A stretch of 64,000 nucleotides of DNA from Lytechinus pictus (Eukaryota): contig NC_087251.1 of the NCBI RefSeq assembly GCF_037042905.1, positions 15,440,001 to 15,504,000 of the forward strand, given 5' to 3'. Both the position numbers and the translations under genes were made by a program. Below are positions 14,789-27,905 of the stretch, in pieces. The notes under the pieces are model-generated. The model was not told the origin of the DNA and made no database searches. It saw only the letters and a list, made by a program, of their open reading frames with translations. Each line of letters opens with the position of its first letter. Positions within the stretch are counted from its first letter, which is position 1.

Positions 14789-15251
14789 CCCGGGGCCAGT
14801 CAAATATATTGCTGTACACACGCGTGACCAAAAAAAAAACGCGTTGAAAGGGATGTTTTTTCAATTTTGGACGCGGGCCGCGCGTGCACTCGTTAAGGGT
14901 ATCAAAGACACCGATTTTTTTTTTAAAAGGGGTTGTTTTGAAAGACTGGTCAATGGTCAATCGCTGGGTCAAACATATTTAGGGTATGTTTTTTTTCTCC
15001 AAAGCTTTCTTTTTAAGACTAGCCAAACGTGTTTAGGGTATGTTTTTTCCCCCAAGCTTTTTCCCCGGGGTCAAATTCTTCTTGTTTATAGGGGCCAAAA
15101 TGTGTAAATAAATCCCGTTAAAAACTTGTTTAGGGGGTTGTTTTGCACACAGAGAAAAACTCACTTAGGGCTATGCTTAGGGGGTATTTGGAAATAATTT
15201 GGCCACGCGTGTGTACAGCAATACATTTGACTGCCCCCCCCCCCCCCCGGG
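14789..15251. mobile_element. MITE with perfect 8-bp TSD CTGATTAA (CCCGGGG termini)
   Basis: TSD at 14781-14788 and 15252-15259; TIR cagtcaaatatattgctgtacacacgcgtg / cacgcgtgtgtacagcaatacatttgactg. Confidence 0.88.
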
Positions 15252-16417
15252 CTGATTAAATGCGTTAATTAATGGCTGGTAATCTTCCCTTTGTTGGGCA
15301 AGTACATTGTAATGAAACAGTTGAAATGCCACAATGACCTTCATAAATATTGCTCATTGATGTGTTAGTTCAGTCACCTGTCATAGTTTCTGCAACTTGT
15401 AAAGACATGGTTACATAATATCTCGCTTTGGAATTTGAGTATCCTAATTGAAGAAAGGAAGGGCCATTTTGAGAAAACTTACCCATGAGGTAATTCAAAA
15501 CCGGTCTATATATTAGGCTAGGATTTCTTCCAATGAATTTTACGTACAGGAGTGATCTGCTGTATGGCTTAGCACTGGATTACACAGTAGCAATCAGAGA
15601 GAAATGGGGAGAATTGGGGACGACAGTTGTAATATTCCACTTAGTTTGTAAATCAGCGACGTACATGAGCACATTGACTTTTAATCAAAATTTATTGTGA
15701 ATGAAATGCATGTAGGAAACTTGATATATTATAATGCCCGTTGACTTACATTAACGAAACTCGGGTTGAATAATTGAAAGTAGCCCACATGAAGTTGCTC
15801 TGGAACTTAATTAAGGAAGCTATATTCTGTAAGAATATTTGTCTTGAGATTAAAATTAGTTGTAAAACGTTAAATGAAATGAAACAATCTCCAATGTATA
15901 TTTAATAGTCTTTATAAAATTCTCACTTTCTGGCCAAAATTAAAAAGAGGAGTATTCTTTATAGCTAAGAAGACGGTATATATAGTGTTGGACACTGTGT
16001 TTCAGAGAGCGAATAGCAGATTTCACAAGATTAAGAAAAAAGTCATTTCTGGCCAAAAAAGGGGCAGGGGGCTCGTTCGAGATTCTGGTTATATCGGTAG
16101 ATATGAAACCTACTTATTCTTCTTATTCAGCTTATTCGTGTTAGTTCGTTATCGAAAATCTGAAAAATGCCCTTGTTCTTTGTCTGTTAATTCTCGAATA
16201 CATCCCAAATGAGGCCCGAATGAAATTTGTCGTGGCCACATTCGGGAGTATTTTGGACGGATATTCGGCTGGTTTTGAATATTGGCAAAACGAGCCGAAT
16301 CCCTCCCAAATTTTCTAGTATTCGGGGAGGGAGAAGAGAATACTCTCAAATCCTCCTGAATAGATTCGAGGAGCTCCCCGAATCAGGGAACGAATTGTTC
16401 CGAGCTATACTGAATCC

Positions 16418-17294
16418 CAGGGGCGTCGATCCATTTTTCAGATTGGGGGGGCAAAATCATGAATCAACGTTCCAAAGGCGCTCGATCGTACAAAACACCC
16501 CCCCCCCCACACACACATAGGCATATTATATATATATATATGTATATGTATATATGACTCATGAGATACAGACATGTATCTCACCAACAAATTAATGCGA
16601 GCGCTTTGCGCTCGCTGAATTTATTTTAGTATACTGACCTTAAAACTGGAAAAGCGTACCTGCAGGACTGTTTGTATAGTAACTCATATGGAGGATACAT
16701 ATCTCACTACACAGATTATGCGAGTGCCGAGAGCGAGCTGAAATTTCTTTATATTCTGGCCTGAAAGCTTGATATTCTAAGCATTTTTGGTACCAATGAT
16801 TAAGATTGGTATCTAAAAGAACAAATCTCTCTCTAACAGCTCGCATTTCTAAAGAGATGCGAGCGCGAAGCTCGAGCTGAAAATTTTGATATTTCGATCT
16901 GAAAAAATGACAGTTTAATGGACGTTTTTTTTTTAAAGAACAAGATATATATCCAACAAAAGATTATTGCAAATCGAAGCGGGAGTTATTTTAAGGGTTA
17001 GAACTGAAAACGGGACATTCTATTCACCTATTTAATCATGAAAAGTATGGGTTTTTGCTACAGAAATGATGCGAGCGCGAAGCGCGAGCTGAACATTTTT
17101 GTATTCCAATCTGAAAAGCGGAAATTTTGAGCACGATTTGAAATAGAGAACGAGTTGTGTATCTCAATCTCGCTTGCTGAACATTACAATCTTATTTTAT
17201 TTTTGCACATCCGGAATTATTGGGGGTGCAAAACGATATTTTTATTGGTGGGGCGATCGCCCCCCTGCCCCCCCCCCCAGGATCGACGCCTCTG
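16418..17294 (+). mobile_element. hAT-like non-autonomous element (CAGGGGCGTCGATCC...GGATCGACGCCTCTG)
   Basis: 15-bp TIRs; highly similar inverted copy at ~51320-52035. Confidence 0.8.
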
Positions 17295-19132
17295 GTTTAT
17301 GCTTACCACACAGAGAGATAAAAATAACACAGTTCGCAGACGATACGACGATATTTATTGATTCGATTAAATCCCTTCATAATGTTATGAAAGAGATAAA
17401 TAATTTCGGTAATATTGCAGGTCCAAAAGTAAATTGGAATAAGACAAAGATGTTAAAAATAGGGATATTTAACTTAGAAAGAAGCGAGTTCGATTTTACA
17501 GATGATCCTGTTAAGTATTTAGGAATATTTGTGGGAAAAAATGAAGAGCATAAACGAAAGCTAAATTGGGAAGGGAAAATTGAAAAGGTCAATAACATAT
17601 AAAAACATGGAAAATGAGACAGCTTACATGTTATGGTAAAATAATTATTATAAAATGTTTAATTGTGCCTCAAATCGTTTATGTTGGTACGGTTATTCCA
17701 ATGCCAGACTATATATGCAAGGGTTTACATTAGATAATATATTGCTTTTTATCATGTTTATGGAATTCAAAGCGTGAGAAAGTTAAACGTAATATTTGTG
17801 TCAGACCGATAGTTGAAGGTGGTCTTGGTATGATCGATCTATATTCGAAATCAAAATCACTTATATTGTCCTGGATAAATTCCTTTTTTAATAATTATGA
17901 TGCAGTCTGGAAAACACTTTTCTCGTTTTGGTTAAGTTACATAGGAGAAGTCCCCTACTGTTTTCAAATGAACTGTCATCCAAAACACATGTTAAAGCTT
18001 TGTCGAAAAAAGGGTTTACCAATGTTTTATATTGAATTTCTATATACATGGGCTCAATTACGTTATTTAGATGAGCAGAATGTTGAAAATATATATCGTG
18101 AAATATTATGGAATAATAGTAATATTACAATAAATGGACAACCTTTAAATTTTCAGGAATGGAAAGAAGCTGGTATTTTAAATGTTAAACAAGTTGTATA
18201 TAAAGGTAAATGGAAAGATATATCATTTTTTAGAAACTTTTTTGATGTTGATAATTTAGTATTTAGTTTTAGATTTTAAAATTAAAAATGCATTTCCTGC
18301 TCATTGGCTTGAAAAATAAGTATGATGAAAGAAAAACAAAATGAGTCTCCAGAAGAAGAAGAAATTGATACATCTGTTGGTGAACGTATTAATATAACTT
18401 GCACCAGAGCAAAACAATATTATGTGTTGTTTTTACAACAAAAGAAGGTTGATTTTTTGATATTCTGGACATCTGGGGAAAACAACTAAAATTGCCTGAA
18501 AATTTAGTTTGGAAAGATATCCTTCATTTCAAATTCAAAAAGATAAAAGATAACAGAATTAAGCAATTCAATTTCAGACTGTTACATAAGATATTACCTT
18601 CTAGAGACAATTTGTTCAAGTGGAAAGTTGTAAATACAAATCAATGCGAAATCTGTAATCAAATCGAGACCATTGGCCATATTCTGTTTTTTGCAAAGAG
18701 ATTAAAGTTTATTGGAAAATCATATCGAGGATGATTTATTTTATTTTCAAAGAAGAAATTGTGATAACTATGAAAACATTGTTAATTGGGTATAAAATAG
18801 ACAACCCAAAATTTGATCTTATTAATTTGACGATCAATGTTGCCCAGTTTGTAGTTTATAATCATTATGTAAAATGCAACCTTCAAAATCTAAATCATAG
18901 CAATAAGAGATTGATCACGGAATTTGTTTCATATTTGAAGTTTTATTTAAATCATTACGGATCTAAACAATTTTGTGTATTAGAGGTCAAGAAAATTATT
19001 GATATATTGTAATTCCTGTTATAAATATTATATCATTTGACTCTTGAAAAAAAAAGTTATTCCTATGTAAATATGTATATGTAAATATTTTGAAACAATA
19101 AATCCTCAAGGAAGAGGCAGAGAGAAAAACAA
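17295..19132 (+). mobile_element. 5'-truncated, frameshifted L1/Tx1-clade LINE (ORF2 RT C-terminal half + CCHC)
   Basis: EIKITQFADDTT RT motif, VKYLGI, GGLG, ILWNN, FRLLHKILP, CEIC...ETIGHILF knuckle across broken frames; AATAAA ~19097 and an A-rich tail. Confidence 0.9.
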
Positions 19133-19421
19133 ATACTGAATACATCCGAATCAGGCCATATTCGCGCACAATCAGTCCTTATTCGGAAAAATTTAGTTTT
19201 GGTGTAACCCTGGCTTAATAGGGGTTCTGTGTAGTTTTCAGAAACATACCAAAATGAACTATTTTTTTAATGGGAATTGGTTAAAGTAAGTTCATAATTT
19301 TATCAAAAATATTTTTTAAATTCATTTTCAGAGAAAAATACCAAAGGGAATTACTTCATGATTTCACCAAAAATCTGAAATTTTTCGTTCCTTTCTCAAT
19401 TATTCCTCAACAGATGATTAC

Positions 19422-21402
19422 CAGTGGCGTAACAGGCAGGGGGCAAGCTGCCCCCCTGGCGGATTTCACCGGGAAAAAAAAAACAGGAAAAAGAAAAAAA
19501 GAGAGAAAGGGAAAGGGAAAGAAAGATAAAGAAAGGAAAGGGGGAAATGGAAAGGGAAAAATGAAAAGAAAGGGAAAGAAAGAACATAAATAGGGAAAGT
19601 GGAAGGAAAGCGGGAAAAGGAAGGAAAGAAGAACATTGTAAGGAAGTACAAAATATCCTAAAATACTAATAAATTAGCATCATTAGCAAGAGAGGGATAT
19701 GAAATCAAAAGATATGTCTCAATGGCACGGGCAAGAATGGCGGGAAAATGGGAGAAAGAGGCAAAAAGAAACGGGAAATGAAGGTAGAGCCAAAGCCTAA
19801 ATTGGAAAATCAGAATATGAAGAAAAGGGACTAGAACACACCGGGCTGTCGAGGGTTGAAAAATATAAAGACCGGGAAGAGAGGTAAATGGCGTCTACTA
19901 TAAGTTTGCTTAACTGTATGCAAGTGCAATAATGGTCGCAATCAGGACAAAAAAAATCCTTATCCAAGAGTAAGCCAGGGGCTAGTTTTATCCCCCCATA
20001 TTATGTTCTAACCTACGTAAAGTTTTACGCTGGCTAGATTTATCGTAAAAAGCCTCTTAATGTTTACTTTGACTAAATTTCCAAAGCTACTACCACACAA
20101 TTAGAATTTAATGTAAAAATAATTTTAAAAGGCCAAATTTTTCTGGCTCGCTTCGCTCGCTTTTCTATATTGCTGCCTCAAAATATTTCGTTTAACTGCG
20201 TTGAAGTTGTGTTGTGTATGTACCCGCGATTTCATAAAAAAGTGGCCATCTGCAATATTTAAAATATCACGAAGTTCCGGGTGCTCCGCCCCAGACCAGT
20301 GGCGGCACCAAGGGGGGAGGCACGGGGGAATGAGTTGCCCCCCCCCCGAAATTTTGAAGAAAAAAAAGTGTAGTAAATGTTGTACTAAAGCTGCAATGTG
20401 CATCAAAACAGCTTTTTCGTTCTTCTAAATTTTGAAAATTTTCTAATCCATTCACTGTTAGCTCCCAACAATTTTTGTCCCTAAGATAAATCTTTCAGGT
20501 CATTATATAAAATTCAAAATGTCGCTCGCGCTACGCGCTCGCAGTAACTGTTGGCTTAAGTAAATTATCTGTTCACATGGGGCTTAAACATCCAATGTTC
20601 ATGTCAATATGCTTCTCGCGATTAGAGTGTTCATTATTCGTTTTAGCGAGATACACATCCTGCGTATTCATAATTTTCATAATTGAAAATTTTTTAGCTC
20701 GCGCTACCATCAATTGTTAATCAGATAGCTATCCAGTTCATGATTACAAAAAGTGCTCAGAACGTCCAGTTATCTCAATATATCAGAAATTTTCAGCTCG
20801 CGCTTCGCGTTTGCATTATTTATTTGGTGAGATATCATCTTCATGACCCAATGCAAACAGCTAATCCTTAACAGGTCCCTTTTCAAGTCAGTAGGGTCTA
20901 CATTAAAAAAATTAAGAAATAGCTCGCGCTTCTCGCTCGATTTTGAGAAATAGGCAAAATATTTGTGTGTTGCCCCCCCCACATTTTGTTTGCCTCCCCC
21001 TGGGTTAAAATCCTGCTGCCGTCATTGTCCCGGACCCGATCTGCATAGCACTGGCTCCCAAAAGTTCTACCAACCGAGAATAAAAAAGAAAATCTGAAAG
21101 AAAAGGAAAGGAAGATGTAAGATATGATGTTATTTTCTGAATACCATGTCAAAATCAATCTCAAAGTTAGATTCTCATGAAAAGATGATTTTTTTTTCTC
21201 TCTCGCTCGCTCAGGACTTATATTAAGCAACTTTTTGCTGGGTGCGCCATGATGTGCACCCCTCTTTTTTGTACTAATCACGCATTGAGCTTCGCCCTAA
21301 TGCTTGGGGCATAATGATAAAAAAATCCTGTTCATACCATGATATGACCGGGAGAATTTTGGCTCCCCCCCCCCCTGGCCACCGACCCCTGTCACGCCCC
21401 TG
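19422..21402. mobile_element. hAT-like non-autonomous element with perfect 8-bp TSD ATGATTAC
   Basis: CAGTGGCGTAAC ... GTCACGCCCCTG; TSD at 19414-19421 and 21403-21410; contains a purine-rich tract 19470-19640. Confidence 0.85.
20297..21027. mobile_element. Nested hAT-like element (CAGTGGCGGCA...TGCCGTCATTG)
   Basis: Degenerate 8-bp TSD CCCCAGAC/TCCCGGAC. Confidence 0.7.
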
Positions 21403-22290
21403 ATGATTACAACCCCGACTAATTGTTCAGAAAGGGTTTGGGAAAGTTTTACGACAAATCGTCAAATGGCAAGGTGTTTACGATTTTATTTAAAATATTA
21501 GGTCTAATAGTTCTCCTGTAATTGCTCATTCCTCTAAATTCGATTACAACCTCGACTAGTTATTTATATAGAGGTTGATCAGTTAGAAAAATAGGAAGAA
21601 TGAAAATATCGTTACTCCTTAGAGAAAATGTCAAAGGGAAGTGATTTTTATCAAACATGTTGAATCTTTGTCCTCTTTTTAATTTTCTTTTTGCCCTCTT
21701 CCAAACAACGATCTAAGCCCCCGTCACAGCCCCAATCAACTGTTCAGAGGCGTATGGGGGTATAAGGGTTTTCAGACAAACCAAAAAATCATCACTTTTT
21801 TTTGTTGAAAAATTGGCAAGTCTCTTTATTTTTCGTCTATTTATCTGAGAAAGAGTTTTCCATCCCTGATTCATTGTTTAGATCGGGGATAAGGCAGTTT
21901 ACAGAAAAAATCCCTCATCGTCAATTTTCAGAGAAATAGCAAGTTAGTTCATGATTTTGTTTATCAATTCTCCCTCAATCCAGAAAGGCGATCCAGAAAG
22001 GCGATTATAACTCCGCCTATTGTTTAGAGGGGCGTTTGGGGCAGTTATTCGACGAACCCCCAAATTCATAACTTTATTAAAAATACAAAATTGTCGTTCC
22101 TTTTGTATAGCCGATTACAACCCCGACTACTAGTAATTGTTTAGAGGGATTTTGGGAGATTTTTAAAAATTAACTTCCAAACCATCACTTTTTTAGAGAA
22201 ATGGCAAGGGGTTAATTTGTGATTTTATTTCAAAACAATTGTTTTTCCCGTTTTAAATTTGTCTATTATGCTCACAAACCCGAGTAGGTG
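21403..22290. repeat. Degenerate tandem repeat (~110-180 bp units, GATTACAACCCCGACTAATTGTT...GAAATGGCAAG)
   Basis: Unit starts recur at ~21405, 21542, 21725, 22001 and 22113; similar sequence lies left of the 19422 insertion. Confidence 0.6.
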
Positions 22291-23516
22291 TTCATTTGGC
22301 CCTTTGGAGACCAGGGGGGGGGGGGGGGGATGCACCTGTTATTACTAAGTAGACACATGCCTGTTTACAAAGCCCATTAAATGGGTTGGATTTCATGATT
22401 GGCGATGTAAGGATGTACATTAATTCAAAAGGCTATCAAAATTGCCAAAATCGGGAAGAGGGTATACTCATTAGTCACTCGCCTATATTAGTGCACATGT
22501 TGTGTGGAGAGGGTGTATATTTCAACATAACACATATAATATTTGAGATATTTTTTCCCTTTTATCCTCAGATTGAGGTTTTATTCACATATACAAACAA
22601 TAAAAAATTAAAGTTCAATTTAACAATGGAATCATTCTTTGAATATCACATATTTTCAAATTTCCAAACTTGCTTTTTTGTTTACATATACTTTCCAAAT
22701 AAACGATCATAGTGAGTCTGGAATCAACCCATAAAGAATTTGCATTGTATTTTTTTTTACCTTTGAATATGCTTTTCATACTGCAATAACACAAAAAAGA
22801 TTCATTATAACATAGCTGGAATTTTGCAAATCACAACCAATAATTAATGCCTTTTCATGAATGGAAATAAAAAATATAAATCTTTCTATAATCTGCCAAA
22901 ATAAATGAGCATGTATACAATATAGAAAAATTGATTTTAACTTTATCACAGATATTGCATATGTTGTTACTTACTACGACGTGACACTGAAATAGATTAT
23001 CTATTGAGTATAAAATCTTCAAAAATTTAAATCTAAATCCTGTTATCTACAATGGTATGCATCCTAAAATAAAAGACATGGTTCCAAATAAAGGAAACTG
23101 GCAATGAAAAAAAAATTGGACCAAATAGATACATAGCTGGTCTTCAGATATCTCTGCAAATAATATTGAATTTATCCTAGTCAAATAATCTTGACTTTTC
23201 TACTCCATTTATTTACTAATATTATTTTTTTTCTTCACTTTTTAAATTGAATAATTTTTCTAACTCATCTTATTTAAGCAATAGAGAGGAAAGACTTAAA
23301 TTTAGCATATTCTACATCAAATAAAGTTGAGGATAGATTTATTCACAATACTCTGTGCTATCCATTTACAATTTGCTATAACATCCTATACTCTTAGCAT
23401 ACCATGCTTCCATTTCTTAAATGTTATATTACTATTATTCCAAATGATTTCATTTTCAATGTTTTTTTTGTTTTTTTAACTTCAAATAAATCAATGTACC
23501 TTAACTTAGACCAGCT

Positions 23517-24029
23517 CCAAAGGGGGCCACTTCCATTGACGAGTGGATACCAGGCGCGACCATGGGGTTTCGAAAAGCACCCTAAACAAGTATTTTCCAT
23601 ATTTGTATTGGCGTGTGAAACCCTACCCTTAATAAGTATTGGAAACAAAATGGTACCCTTGACAAGTATTCCCTGAAATTCCAATGAAATTTTAATTGTT
23701 ATGTCACGGACGTCGGCTTTAATACCTTTACTTCCATTGCGTTTAGTACCGCCCCACCTCCCTCAAATCGGACTCCTAACACGTCGTGTTGGGGCAAAAA
23801 GTACATTCTTTATAAAGCATTTTTAATCTTTTTATACCCTCGCAAATTTGACCGTAAACACGTCACAGCTTTCCTAGCTAAATATATACCCTTTTTCAGT
23901 ATTTTAGTGCTTTTGACACCCTTATTAAGTAACGTACGTAACGTGCCCAATCTTGAAAAAGAGATCTTTTTAAAGAGTTTCTTTGTTCGTGCCTGGTATC
24001 CACTCGTCAATGGAAGCCCCCCCCCCCCG
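23517..24029. mobile_element. MITE with TIR CTTCCATTGACGAGTGGATACCAGGC and TSD (G)ACCAGCT
   Basis: 26-bp perfect inverted core; direct repeat gaccagct at 23509-23516 and 24030-24037. Confidence 0.85.
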
Positions 24030-24764
24030 GACCAGCTACAAAGAAAATCATGGTAAAAAATAGGTAGATTTGCTTTTATACAAAGATAATTCATATCCTT
24101 TGAGGATATATTGTTGTATTCAATACATACATGAATTCCATAAATCTTACTAATAACCAGTAATTAAAAAGAAATTTCCAACTAATTTGCTGTGCTCTAA
24201 TTGCTCATCCACAAAATCTTTAGTGTTTCAAACCTTCATTTGTTTTATTCATACAAACATTTCTTTTAACCTTTTTGTAGAATTCAAAATAAAAGCATAT
24301 ATCATTTTATTTAGAGATTTAATACAATTTTTGGGAACAATTATTTGAGACACCAACAAAGTTTTGATGATTAAAAAAAAAAGTTAGATTTCTTAGTTTC
24401 CAAACTTTACTAATATCATACTTTTCTAGTTTATTTTTTGCCAATTATAATCTTCAACTTTCTCATTTTTCCCAATATATATACCAAAGTATTTGATTGG
24501 ATCTTCAGTACATTTTATTTGTACGGGATAAATTTAAATATGGGTAAATGGAGTACTTCAATTTTACAATCATGTTTAATTTTCATTGCCAAAACTTCTG
24601 CAACAATAATTATAAAAAGTAGTGACAGGGGCACCACTTTTGATATGAAACGTTTCAGAGATCCAGCCATGATTTAAATATCTGTCCTTTTGCGTTGTTA
24701 TACTTCGATTAAATCCACTGAATGAAAGAATTTCCAAAATGTGATTTTTTGTTTAAAAGGTAAA

Positions 24765-25004
24765 ATTGGGTGATTTCAAGTCCAGTGTCGGCCTTGGTGT
24801 TGGCGTTGGAATTTGGATTGCTTCCCCTAGCTCCAAAACCTATTCTGAGTTTGTAAAACTGATCCAGATCACACTATTGACATCTCAACAACTAGTGAGT
24901 GACTTGTCAGGACCATCTTCATTTTATGTTTGGCTATATACTTGTGTTAAAATTGACCTAACACAAACACCAAAAGGTCAACACTGAACTTGAAATCACC
25001 CATT
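24765..25004. mobile_element. Small MITE (TGGGTGATTTCAAGT.CAGTGT / ACACTGAACTTGAAATCACCCA)
   Basis: ~22-bp inverted ends; immediately followed by a half-copy of the Kolobok-like MITE (~25005-25253). Confidence 0.6.
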
Positions 25005-25280
25005 ATTGTCAAATCTGTAAAAATTGAAATATTGTATAATTCAAAACAATAAAAAAGTGAGTGAGGGACATCATCAAATTTTTCATTTACATGTCAATGA
25101 GTTGTGAATAGAACTGTTTTGTGAAAAAAAAGGGGAACCTTTAAATGTCCTAACTTTCTTATTTTAAATCAGGTTTTGATGAAATTTTCAGTGTTATGTT
25201 TGATTTTTCTCTATTGATTCAAGTCAACATTTTTTTCGGGTGTACTTGACCTTTGTAAAAAAAAATGATTTAGGTCTAAT

Positions 25281-25606
25281 CATGGAGGTAAAAAAGAATG
25301 AAGTAAAAACTGAAAATTAGAAATGGGTAGCTTCATGAATAAAGAGGTATACTGCACATTTTGGTGGCGACCGGTGATGTTGCGAGTTTCATGCGAAAAG
25401 TAATTGGGAATATTTCCAATCTTATTTGATTACGAGACATATTGTATAAGAATTTCCCCTTGTTATTTGGTGACTGGCAAGAAAGTCTGACATTGTGAGG
25501 CAGGAATCTTTGTCTACAATCTGCAAAAAAAGAAAAGAAGTCCAATGAATCACCTGTCTACTGTGGCACAAGTAAGATGATACTCCTTTCTTCTTTTACC
25601 TCCATG
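25281..25606. mobile_element. MITE with CATGGAGGTAAAA TIR and 7-bp near-TSD (possibly P-superfamily)
   Basis: gtctaat|CATGGAGGTAAAA ... TTTTACCTCCATG|gtctcat. Confidence 0.6.
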
Positions 25607-26467
25607 GTCTCATAGTAAATTTCATCCAAATGGGGCCTGAAACTAGACTTTTAAGGTCACCTTACGAGTGGTCTAAATCATTAAATGAATACCCATGTTC
25701 AACTCCTTATAAAATTCCAGTAGTCGTAATGACGTCATAGCAAAGCAATTGCACCATTTGAAACTAATTTGACTTTAACTCAAAGGATGGTAATCCTCGA
25801 AAATGCGAGTTGCACTTGAAAACCACATGAGAGATTATTCTTTCATTTGACTCAGATTTCAATCAGTGTTATGTAAAAGAATATCTGACTGCAATTAAAA
25901 GGTCTTTGTTTTGCATTCATGCAGTGATCAATTTTTCTTCACTGTTGAAAAAAAAGGAAAAGAGATAAAGATGGTTAAAGGTTAAGCATTATTGCACTAC
26001 TGTGGCATTTCATCACATCAAAATGCTTTTTGAATGATTCATGAATAAGACCATTCAAGAAAAAAGGACCCCTAAATTTACCCAATGTTTGATGAAAATT
26101 ATAAACAAGCCAAATATACAAAGGGTCGGTATAATGGACGCAACATTGGGGGCCTTTTCTCGAATGGTTGGGTTACATGATAGCCCAAGACTTAAAAGTA
26201 AGGGTATGCATATGGATGAGCCAAACACGTTGGGGGGGCAACAGTTCTCTAGTACTATATTTTGCATTCAGAACCTTTTTTTGTAAGATTTATCATAATA
26301 AGCATACGTGCAGTTTAAAAATTCCAATCAGGTGTGCTTGCTAATTGTACTGATATGCGTTTTTAATAAATTAGCCAAACTCCAGTCTACAACTCTGCTT
26401 ACAAAATATAAAATTCGGTCCTACTTTTAAAGTGTGCGTATTTCATTTAGGATCAAACATTAATTAA

Positions 26468-26938
26468 AGGGATGGTCCAGGCTGGAATATTTATAAGTTA
26501 TTGAATTTTAAAGATTTGCATTATTCTGGTGAAATAATTCTAGGCATGTCTTTATGAATATTCATTAGGTGGGCTGATGGTGTCATATCCCCACTTGTTC
26601 TTTTGTATTTATATGAAATTAGGTTTATTAAAAAAAAAATTACCAAGAACTATACAATTTGATTGACAACTGATGAGGTGCATTAGTAATTTATTGCCGC
26701 AACTTATTTCATCATAATGGAGACACATTCACACATGAAAAAATGAAATATGTATGACTTCATGTAATGACATAAGAAAAAGGAAAGTGGGGATGTGACA
26801 TCATCAGCCTACCTAATGAACATTCATGACGTTGTGCATATAACTGTTTTCACAAAATATTGATAAACTTTAAAATTTTGCTCTGTGAATTTTACTCTAT
26901 TTACTTAGATATAAATATTTTCAGCCCGGACCATCCCT
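26468..26938. mobile_element. TTAA-flanked palindromic MITE (AGGGATGGTCC termini), just past the WDR81 stop codon
   Basis: TTAA|AGGGATGGTCCAGGCTG ... CAGCCCGGACCATCCCT|TTAA. Confidence 0.8.
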
Positions 26939-27015
26939 TTAATGATTACACTGACAAATCTGTAAAGAAGGTCTAGAATAAATTCACTGGACACTAAGTG
27001 GAAAAAAAATTCTCT

Positions 27016-27144
27016 TCATGCTAACAAGAAAATACTTCCATTGTCCGAAGCCACCAACATGAGTTTATTCAATGGTAGAACCGAAATGGCACCAATAGCA
27101 CCTTTAAATGAATCCGATCGTAGCTTGGAGCAAGAATAGCTGGC
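27016..27144 (-). CDS. WDR81: WDR81 last coding exon (ASYSCSKLRSDSFKG...ASDNGSIFLLA*)
   Basis: ttacag|..., 129 nt ending in TGA (27018-27016). Confidence 0.95.
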   Translation of the reverse strand, partial: ASYSCSKLRSDSFKGAIGAISVLPLNKLMLVASDNGSIFLLA

Positions 27145-27741
27145 CTGTAATTAAACACAAACAATTCCATTAGCATCAATCAAGTATATCACATGTTTAA
27201 ATTTGATCTGTCAAGAAGGTCTGATTAACAATTGAGTTGAACTAAGTTGAAAAAGGGTGTATAAGTTAGCATGGAAAATATCCAACAAAAATCAAACTTC
27301 TTAACATCTGGAACTTTCAAAATGCTACAGAAAACTTTCATCCGTTGGGAATGATAGATTCAATTTTTAAGCTTAAACCAACCTAAAGCTCGGCTCAAAT
27401 AACTAAGGTCGGTTGAAGCTTTTGATTTATCACAATGCTGTACCAGGATGAATGGCCTACTGCCATTGTCCAATGTTGATTACTGGTATCTTCCAAACAT
27501 ATACATATTTTTTAAAGGATGGTGGACACCAAGAAGATATCGTACAGATTTTGAAAAATTATTCATGTATTCACTTTTCTCAAACCCTATGAAACATGCC
27601 TCCTATCAAGAAAGTTAAATCACACAATCTAATAGGCGGGAAATGATACTTTGAACACATACCCTTGTGTAAATCAATAAAGTTGAATACTTATTTTACT
27701 TTTCTTTTGCTCCCGACGGGCTATAATGCAGAAACTCTCAC

Positions 27742-27842
27742 CTGGGAATTAACTGCTGTGTGGATGCCGATACGATTACCAAATGTAGCAGAGAGTATTT
27801 GCTCATCAGAGATACAGATGCAATGAATAGGCTCAGCAGCAC
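27742..27842 (-). CDS. WDR81: WDR81 coding exon 23 (AAEPIHCI...GNRIGIHT...)
   Basis: cttgaag|...|gtgaga; 101 nt, phase 1->0. Confidence 0.92.
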
Positions 27843-27905
27843 CTTCAAGGCAATAGAAACAAATATGTATATATTTCAAGCTCGCATCCCCATCGGCAAC
27901 TATTA

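Noticed and set aside
846..16846. Short 60-140 aa ORFs in the track as genes
   Set aside because: They are low-complexity translations of MITEs and AT-rich DNA with no domain motifs; similar peptides recur across repeat copies.
25333..25553. Extra minus-strand exon (strong acceptor at 25521)
   Set aside because: It lies inside a TIR-bounded MITE downstream of the WDR81 stop, and the nearest donor would give only a ~33-nt intron.
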